IMG/VR virus record: IMGVR_UViG_3300046336_000146
Source: an uncultured virus (IMG/VR IMGVR_UViG_3300046336_000146)
Lineage: Duplodnaviria; Heunggongvirae; Uroviricota; Caudoviricetes
DNA length: 21,475 bases
Reading direction: 5' to 3' (one strand)
The translations under genes were made by a program, and so were the position numbers. The notes under the pieces were generated by a model, which saw nothing but the letters and a program-made list of their open reading frames with translations, did no database searches and had not been told where the DNA came from. This document shows, one piece after another, positions 1-5,889 of this stretch. Position 1 is the first letter of the stretch. Every line of letters begins with the position of its first letter.

Positions 1-18
1 TATTTAAAATTAATATTA

Positions 19-26
19 TACATTTG
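19..26 (+). promoter_or_regulatory. Bacteroidota-type -7 promoter element (TAnnTTTG)
   Basis: TACATTTG 14 nt upstream of the ATG at 41; the -33 box would lie outside the window. Confidence 0.55.
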
Positions 27-40
27 TAAAAAAATAAATC

Positions 41-178
41 ATGAAAGCATATAAGTTAATAAGAAAATTAAAAGATGGTACATTGTCCCCTCTGTTTATA
101 AACAAGAAAAGTAGAATACTTTTTGATGTTTGGCTAGAGGCCGAGGCTCATCCAACACAAGGATTGGAAAAGATATGA
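41..178 (+). pseudogene. Short, probably truncated phage hypothetical protein (45 aa)
   Basis: Hand translation MKAYKLIRKLKDGTLSPLFINKKSRILFDVWLEAEAHPTQGLEKI*; follows a promoter; resembles the N-terminus of a longer phage family as I recall it (unverified). Confidence 0.4.
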
Positions 179-405
179 GAATAAGAGTAAAATCAAAAGA
201 CAGTATTTTTTATTTATACCTTTCTAGTTTCGATGCAAAAGATTTAAAAATAGGAGATAGCATAAAATAAACAATAAAATGCGCGTAATATACATAGAAG
301 AAACAGTAAGACTTTTAAGTGAGCAAGGGGCTCAAGTAAAAATAAAGTCGGGGAGTAGTCAAGCAAACAGAAGAAGGGATTAATTATTTAAAGATAGAAG
401 AATAA

Positions 406-437
406 TTTGCACATATAATATATTAGTTGTATATTTG
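406..437 (+). promoter_or_regulatory. Bacteroidota housekeeping-type promoter upstream of the DGR operon
   Basis: TTTG (406-409), 20-nt spacer, TATATTTG (430-437). Confidence 0.8.
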
Positions 438-463
438 TCAAAGAAAATTAAAATAATAAACAT

Positions 464-925
464 ATGAAAACAATAATTCAAATTAACGGTAAAGATGTAG
501 AAATTACACTTACTAAAGAACAAGTAGTGCAGATAAACAAACAAAAAGAATTAGATGCTTCAACTTGCACGTTACAAGACTGTATTGATTACTTAGGAGA
601 AAATGACCAAGAAGTTATTAATTTAAGACAATTAGAAAAAGTAAGTATCTCTGATTATGTTTTAGCTAATCAACAAGCTGTTTGTATCATTAAAGCATTA
701 AATGGGGATTGGACTCCTAATTGGAACAACTCAAATGAATATAAATATTTTATTTGGTGGAATATGCAAAACAAAGATTTCTCGTACTACGACTTCGACC
801 ACCATTGGTTTTCTTGCTCGCTTGTTTCCGCACGCCTCTGTCTAAAAAACTCAAGATTATGCCAAGACATTGGTAAAAATAAAGAATTTGTGAAAATTTT
901 CACAAAATTTATGCTTATAGGTTAA
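464..925 (+). CDS. DGR target protein 1 (153 aa; VR-bearing, probable C-type-lectin-like domain)
   Basis: Contains VR1 (SYYDFDHHWFSCSLVSARLC); paralog of 2028..2444 (shared MKTI..INGK..EITLTKEQ, PxWxNSNxYKY and VSARLC). Confidence 0.9.
   Translation: MKTIIQINGKDVEITLTKEQVVQINKQKELDASTCTLQDCIDYLGENDQEVINLRQLEKVSISDYVLANQQAVCIIKALNGDWTPNWNNSNEYKYFIWWNMQNKDFSYYDFDHHWFSCSLVSARLCLKNSRLCQDIGKNKEFVKIFTKFMLIG
781..841 (+). repeat. DGR variable repeat VR1
   Basis: Aligns to TR 945-1002 with 15 mismatches at TR A, one non-A mismatch (G to C) in the 3' block, and one extra codon. Confidence 0.93.
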
Positions 926-1095
926 TATGTTGAATGTTTTACCCCTCGTACAACAACTACAACAATTGGAATTCTAACTCGAATATTTCCACACACCAGT
1001 GTTCAACAAAATTAAAAAGTATTAACCTTACCAACAGGGTAAAAAACAAATAAAAGCCTCAAAAGGTTGTTAGTAAATAAAATGAAAGCAACCTT
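919..1095 (+). ncRNA. DGR template RNA (TR with structured flanks and spacer)
   Basis: Nested helices 919-927/1020-1028 and 928-935/1001-1008 enclose TR; spacer hairpins at 1028-1042 and 1063-1071/1087-1095. Confidence 0.7.
945..1002 (+). repeat. DGR template repeat TR
   Basis: C TCG TAC AAC AAC TAC AAC AAT TGG AAT TCT AAC TCG AAT ATT TCC ACA CAC CAG TGT; intergenic, immediately upstream of the RT. Confidence 0.95.
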
Positions 1096-1111
1096 CTTTG
1101 AACAGAGAAAG

Positions 1112-2047
1112 ATGAAAAGAATAGGAAACATATTTGATAAAGTAGTCAGCTTAGAGAATTTAAAAATCGCCGATAAAAAAGCTAAAAGAGGAAAAGCAAA
1201 TCAAAAAGAAATAAGAGAGTATTTTAAAAACAGAGAGGCTAATTTAGAAACACTTCATAACAGTTTAATTAATGGAGAATTTAAAACGTCCAACTATTCT
1301 GTTTTTAAAGTATATGAGCCAAAAGAAAGAATAATATCAAAACTACCTTTCTTCCCCGACAGAATAATTCAATGGGGTCTTTATTTACAGTTAGAAAATA
1401 TATTTACATCTACATTTACTGTGGACACTTATAGTGCAATAAAAGGAAGAGGTATTCATAAATTATCAAATAATTTAATTAAGTCTTTAAAAGATTTAAA
1501 TAAAACAACGTATTGTTTAAAGTTAGATATAAAACAATTTTATCCATCTATAGACAATAGTATCCTAAAAAACAAGATAAGGCGTAAAATAAAATGTAAA
1601 AAGACACTATATTTATTAGATAATATTATAGATTCCGCAAAAGGCTTACCTCTTGGTAATTTATTAAGTCAGCTGTTTGCTAATGTTTATCTTAATGAGT
1701 TAGACCATTACATAAAACAAGATTTAAAAGCAAAGTATTATTTTAGGTATTGTGATGACATTTGTATTTTATCAAATAATAAACAGGAGTTACATAGTAC
1801 ATTACATATTTTAAAGAGTAAATTAGCAGATATAAAATTAGAAGTTAAGGGTAACTATCAGATTTTTCCTGTAGAAAAAAGAGGAATTGATATTGTAGGG
1901 TACAAACATTTCCATACACATAAATTGTTAAGAAAATCAATTAAAAAGAATTATATTAAAAACAAGAATAAAAAGACACATTATTCGTGGTTAAAACATT
2001 GTAACTCAAAAAATTTAAGAAAAACTTATGAAAACAATCAAGATTAA
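1112..2047 (+). CDS. DGR reverse transcriptase (about 311 aa)
   Basis: Motifs PKERII, DRIIQ, KLDIKQFYPSI, GLPLGNLLSQLFAN (DGR-type GNxxSQ) and YFRYCDD; no maturase or endonuclease tail. ATG 1112 (MKRIGN) preferred over TTG 1067, which lies inside the spacer hairpin. Confidence 0.95.
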   Translation: MKRIGNIFDKVVSLENLKIADKKAKRGKANQKEIREYFKNREANLETLHNSLINGEFKTSNYSVFKVYEPKERIISKLPFFPDRIIQWGLYLQLENIFTSTFTVDTYSAIKGRGIHKLSNNLIKSLKDLNKTTYCLKLDIKQFYPSIDNSILKNKIRRKIKCKKTLYLLDNIIDSAKGLPLGNLLSQLFANVYLNELDHYIKQDLKAKYYFRYCDDICILSNNKQELHSTLHILKSKLADIKLEVKGNYQIFPVEKRGIDIVGYKHFHTHKLLRKSIKKNYIKNKNKKTHYSWLKHCNSKNLRKTYENNQD

Positions 2048-2444
2048 CATTAATGGTAAAGAAACTGAAATTACTTTAACAAAAGAACAGTTAAAACAAA
2101 TCGAAAATTCAAATCCTATACAAAAAGTTTTTGAATATCATAACACAACAGAAGAACAATTTGATAAACAATACAAAGATGTTTCTGAATTTGCAAAAGC
2201 ACAAGAAATAGAAAGAATGGTTGTCAATTTTTATAACAAAGGGGAGATACCTGATTGGGATAATAGTAATCAATATAAGTATTATCCGTATTTTAAATTA
2301 GGTAAAAACTTCTCGTACTACCGCTACCACGATTGGAATTCTTACTCGAATGTTTCCGCACGCCTCTGCTTTTTAAGAAAAGAAGACTTATTGGAAGCGG
2401 TAGAAATATTTAAAGAACAATACGAAAATTCAAGAAACCAATAG
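2028..2444 (+). CDS. DGR target protein 2 (138 aa)
   Basis: Contains VR2 (SYYRYHDWNSYSNVSARLC); start overlaps the RT 3' end; paralog of target 1. Confidence 0.9.
   Translation: MKTIKININGKETEITLTKEQLKQIENSNPIQKVFEYHNTTEEQFDKQYKDVSEFAKAQEIERMVVNFYNKGEIPDWDNSNQYKYYPYFKLGKNFSYYRYHDWNSYSNVSARLCFLRKEDLLEAVEIFKEQYENSRNQ
2312..2368 (+). repeat. DGR variable repeat VR2
   Basis: Ungapped 57-nt alignment to TR 945-1001 with 10 mismatches at TR A and one G to C in the 3' block. Confidence 0.95.
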
Positions 2445-2481
2445 ACTATGAACAGTAAAGTAAGAAGACAAGATTTAGAAA

Positions 2482-3201
2482 ATGGAACAAAGAGATTTCT
2501 TAAATAAGTTATTAGAGAAAAACAAGTATTACAGAAATGGTGAGATAGAGATATTGTCTGTTTACAAAGGACAAAGAGAATATGTTATTGTAAAAGATTC
2601 TTTAGGTTTATATAATTTTTATCCTAAAAATCTTTTAAGCGGTAAAAGGCCCACATTTAAATCATCTATAACTAAGAGGGAGCATTTTATAAAAATCGTA
2701 GAAAAAGTGCACAATAATTTTTATAATTATGATAAGCTGTATTTAGAAACTAAATCTGACTATGTTGAAGTAGGTTGTCCTATACATGGGTACTTTAAAG
2801 TGAGGGCTGACCACCATGAGAGTGGTGTAAAATGTAGGAATTGTAATCAGGGTAATCCTTTAGGAATTTTTAACAAAGGTAATGCAGAAAACCACAAAGA
2901 GGAATGGTTAAAAATATGTGCATGGTTATATTTTTTAAAAATAATAGCAAATAACGAGACTTTCTTTAAGGTGGGTGTAGTTACAAAGAAAGATATAAAT
3001 AACAGATTAAAAGAGTTTCCAAAACATTATAATATTAAGGTTATTTATTTTGAGAAGGGAAATCTGTATGAACATACAATTTCAGAAAGTAGAATAATAG
3101 AAGATTTTAAAACTTTACAATACACATCAAAAGAAAATTTTAGGGGTAAAAAAGAGTGTTTCTCAGACAATCCATTAGAATATTATTATAACTATAAATA
3201 A
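2482..3201 (+). CDS. Putative free-standing homing endonuclease (Zn-ribbon-like repeat plus GIY-YIG-like C-terminal domain)
   Basis: CPIHG...CRNC motif; WLYFLK-x7-FFKVG, RLKEF, ESRI and GKKECF resemble T5orf172/GIY-YIG-type domains. Confidence 0.6.
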   Translation: MEQRDFLNKLLEKNKYYRNGEIEILSVYKGQREYVIVKDSLGLYNFYPKNLLSGKRPTFKSSITKREHFIKIVEKVHNNFYNYDKLYLETKSDYVEVGCPIHGYFKVRADHHESGVKCRNCNQGNPLGIFNKGNAENHKEEWLKICAWLYFLKIIANNETFFKVGVVTKKDINNRLKEFPKHYNIKVIYFEKGNLYEHTISESRIIEDFKTLQYTSKENFRGKKECFSDNPLEYYYNYK

Positions 3202-3207
3202 ATATTT

Positions 3208-4170
3208 ATGAATCAAACAATTAAAAAAGTAAATCAAGAGAAAATTCTTTTTATGGACATTGAGGACGTAAGAAGGAGTAAAGAGTTAGACATAAATTCA
3301 AGAGAGTTTGAGTTATTTCGTAAAAAAACAAGAAACAAAGAAACAGATGAATATCTAACTAATAATGAAGTTATTGTAGAATACCAAAAGAAAGCAGCAT
3401 TAAAAATGTGTTACACTAAAATTGTATGCATTGGTGTAGGTTTTATTAAAGATGGACAAGTACATATTAAATCTTTAGAAGGTATGGAAGAAGAAGTTAT
3501 TAAACAGTTCTGTACAATAGCTCAGAATTTTGATTACATGTGTTTTTCAAACGGAATTACTTTTGACCTACCTATGGTCATTAACAATGGGTATAGATAT
3601 TTTGAGGTATGTGAAGTACTCCCTGACCGATTTATTACAAGTGGTAAAAAACAGTGGAACTTAGACAGATTAATTGACCTTCAAGAGGTCTTTAAAGGTA
3701 CTCATTACTATGCAAGCTCTTTAGATGAAATGTGCTATCATTTTGATTTATCATCACCAAAATCTGATTTAGATGGAAGTCAAGTTTCAGATGAATATTG
3801 GAACAATGGTATTGAAAAAATAAGTAAATATGTAAAACAGGATGTATTTGCCTGCGTAAATCTATTTAAAAAAATGAGATTTGAACAACCTTTTGAAACA
3901 TTTATAGACAAAAATGAATATACAACAGTTGTTCCTTTTGTAGAAGAATTACCATTATTGAAAAGAATCAATTCTTCAAAAGATATTTCCAATGAAAATA
4001 AAGAAGAATTAATACAGCTTCTAAAAAAGAAAAAATTAGCAAAAAAAGACAATGACAAAGTTTTAGACTTAATTAGCGCTTCTTTAGCAAATATAGATCA
4101 AAATTTTGGAGCGGTAAGAAACCAAAAGCAAATAGATGAAATCATTAACCAATTAAAAGAAGAGATTTGA
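3208..4170 (+). CDS. DnaQ-like (DEDD) 3'-5' exonuclease
   Basis: ExoI FMDIE, ExoII NGITFDLP, ExoIII YVKQDV. Confidence 0.85.
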   Translation: MNQTIKKVNQEKILFMDIEDVRRSKELDINSREFELFRKKTRNKETDEYLTNNEVIVEYQKKAALKMCYTKIVCIGVGFIKDGQVHIKSLEGMEEEVIKQFCTIAQNFDYMCFSNGITFDLPMVINNGYRYFEVCEVLPDRFITSGKKQWNLDRLIDLQEVFKGTHYYASSLDEMCYHFDLSSPKSDLDGSQVSDEYWNNGIEKISKYVKQDVFACVNLFKKMRFEQPFETFIDKNEYTTVVPFVEELPLLKRINSSKDISNENKEELIQLLKKKKLAKKDNDKVLDLISASLANIDQNFGAVRNQKQIDEIINQLKEEI

Positions 4171-4907
4171 AATTAGATAAAATAAACTTACCTCGTAAGT
4201 ATGATTACAAAGAAGGTATTACGAACCCACTGTACAAACCTTTTAATGGGTGGAATAAAGTTTCATATAGTCAGTTAGGCTCTATGAAAGAGTATAAGCT
4301 AGGGTACTTGCAGGATTATATCCTTGATATTGGGACAGGGGAGAGTGGAATTTTCGCTTCGTACGGAAGTGCTGTAGGGATGTATTTTGAGGACGGTACT
4401 GTAAATGAATTATTATCTGAAAACGACATTGAAATAATTAATAGACTTCAAAAACAAGATGATTCTATTTGTGAAGCAGAAATAGTAATTAATTTAGAGC
4501 CATTTGGTCTTGAAAAGACGTGTTTACAGGGATTTTCAGATTATGAACATGTTTTGTATAACAAAAAGTTTATAGAAGATTTAAAAACAGGAAATTCCAC
4601 TAATATGCTAACTAAGTATGGAGATATGAATAAGTACTTCCAAACAAGGCTTTATGCTTACCAAAGAGAAAATGAAGGTTTTGAAATTGGCGGCTGTAGA
4701 GTTAATCATTTAGGACGTAAAGGAAATAACATTATAAAAGGAGATAAAAACTGTTTAAGACTGAGCGGTGATATAGATTATATCCCTACACCTTATAAAA
4801 GAGAAGATGTAGAAAACTATTTAAAAGAAACAGTAGTACCTATTTGTAAAGAAATTTCAGAGTATTATTTAGTTTACAATAAATATTTTTCGCCGAAAAC
4901 AAAGTAA
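4167..4907 (+). CDS. PD-(D/E)XK family exonuclease (RecB/Cas4-like superfamily)
   Basis: SYSQL, GFSDY, IEDLKTG and QTRLY motifs; TTG start overlaps the upstream TGA. Confidence 0.75.
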   Translation: MKLDKINLPRKYDYKEGITNPLYKPFNGWNKVSYSQLGSMKEYKLGYLQDYILDIGTGESGIFASYGSAVGMYFEDGTVNELLSENDIEIINRLQKQDDSICEAEIVINLEPFGLEKTCLQGFSDYEHVLYNKKFIEDLKTGNSTNMLTKYGDMNKYFQTRLYAYQRENEGFEIGGCRVNHLGRKGNNIIKGDKNCLRLSGDIDYIPTPYKREDVENYLKETVVPICKEISEYYLVYNKYFSPKTK

Positions 4908-4937
4908 AGCAAAAAATAAAATAAAACAGCAAATAAA

Positions 4938-4969
4938 TTTGCATAATAAAAATAAAATGCTTATTTTTG
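4938..4969 (+). promoter_or_regulatory. Bacteroidota-type promoter upstream of the secreted protein gene and the RNA island
   Basis: TTTG (4938-4941), 20 nt, TATTTTTG (4962-4969). Confidence 0.75.
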
Positions 4970-4994
4970 TAAAATAAAATTTAAATTAAAAACT

Positions 4995-5399
4995 ATGAAA
5001 AAATTACTATTAGGAGCTCTACTACTATTGAGTACATTGACATTTTCTCAAGCATTAGAAAAGTCAGCTTATTATAAATCAGATTTAACTATATATTCTG
5101 GAGGAAGTAGTCAAGATTATACAATGTATTTCCAAGTAACTTCTAGTGGAGACGTTAAGATGCTTGAAAGCAAATACGGTAGTACATATGCTTTTAAAGC
5201 AAGTAATACTTCATCGAATAATCATACTACAGTATACACTTGGTTAAACAATGGAGGTATATGGTCAGAATCACAAACATTTGTGTTTACTAAAGACGAT
5301 GAAACTGGCAATATAGATTTATTAACAATGAGAGTTGTTAAAAATGAAGGAAAAGGTCCTTGGCAAACATATGGTATAGGTATTGTTGAAAAATTATAA
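4995..5399 (+). CDS. Secreted/periplasmic beta-rich hypothetical protein
   Basis: Sec signal MKKLLLGALLLLSTLTFS followed by Gln. Confidence 0.75.
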   Translation: MKKLLLGALLLLSTLTFSQALEKSAYYKSDLTIYSGGSSQDYTMYFQVTSSGDVKMLESKYGSTYAFKASNTSSNNHTTVYTWLNNGGIWSESQTFVFTKDDETGNIDLLTMRVVKNEGKGPWQTYGIGIVEKL

Positions 5400-5406
5400 A
5401 TAATAT

Positions 5407-5646
5407 TAAAACAACACACAGAAAGACAAACAAATAATAAACAAGGGGAGACACCTGCGAAAACGAAGTTAATTACAAAACTATCAAGAGGTTTTACGTT
5501 TGTTGAGTATAATAGTTATATTGAATGGAAAGCTTTATCATTTATAAATATGAGAGTTTAGCCAGTAGGTCTGTAAAAATAGATTGAGCTTACGAACTTC
5601 TCGCATTTGATATAATTATTCCCATCTTGAGGGGTGTGTTGTTTTA
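5407..5646 (+). ncRNA. Unassigned structured RNA A (about 240 nt)
   Basis: Perfect 13-bp closing helix 5407-5419/5634-5646; 17-bp helix with 3 G-U pairs at 5511-5527/5604-5620; possible pseudoknot 5484-5489/5625-5630. Confidence 0.65.
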
Positions 5647-5650
5647 GCAT

Positions 5651-5757
5651 AAACTACTATAGTGGGTAAGTTAAGACTCTCCTGTAAAAGTGCTGTTCTC
5701 TTAGGATATAAATTACGCTAAGATAAATAAGTAAGTGTGCGAACACTATAGTAGTTT
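5651..5757 (+). ncRNA. Unassigned structured RNA B (about 107 nt)
   Basis: Perfect 14-bp closing helix 5651-5664/5744-5757; internal TCTTAG/CTAAGA hairpin. Confidence 0.5.
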
Positions 5758-5764
5758 TTAAAAT

Positions 5765-5889
5765 GACCAAGTGGCGGAAATGGTAGACGCATAGGTTTTA
5801 AAGGTTCGGTAATCAAGATGAGTGTATAAGCAATAGAAGCTCTGAGAGAAAAAGCCACCTAAATACAGGTTCGAATCCTGTCTTGGTCA
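5765..5889 (+). tRNA. tRNA-Leu(TAA)-like element with a 53-nt insertion in the anticodon loop
   Basis: Acceptor GACCAAG/CTTGGTC plus A discriminator; Leu-type D arm GCG-GAAATGGTAGA-CGC; T arm ACAGG-TTCGAAT-CCTGT; anticodon stem TAGGT (5792-5796)/ACCTA (5857-5861); no long variable arm; no encoded CCA. Confidence 0.65.

Larger units (their letters stand above)
464..2444 (+). mobile_element. Diversity-generating retroelement, two-target (target1-TR-RT-target2)
   Basis: DGR-type RT plus an AAC/AAT-rich template repeat and two in-frame variable repeats that differ from it almost only at TR adenines. Confidence 0.96.

Noticed and set aside
175..383. Micro-ORFs 175-270 and 279-383 as an Avd substitute
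   Set aside because: 31-34 aa, far shorter than Avd and with no recognisable similarity; they may be remnants
859..874. Cruciform hairpin downstream of VR1 (TGCCAA-GACA-TTGGTA)
   Set aside because: Only 4 contiguous Watson-Crick pairs and no equivalent after VR2; too weak to call
1067..2047. RT as a group II intron, retron or Abi RT
   Set aside because: No maturase or endonuclease extension and no recognisable domain V; the GNxxSQ motif and adjacent TR/VR pairs identify a DGR
4167..4907. Cas4 or a CRISPR system
   Set aside because: No evident four-Cys Fe-S arrangement, no other cas genes and no repeat-spacer array in the window
5765..5889. tmRNA
   Set aside because: No G3-U70 alanine identity pair, and far too short for a tag ORF plus pseudoknots
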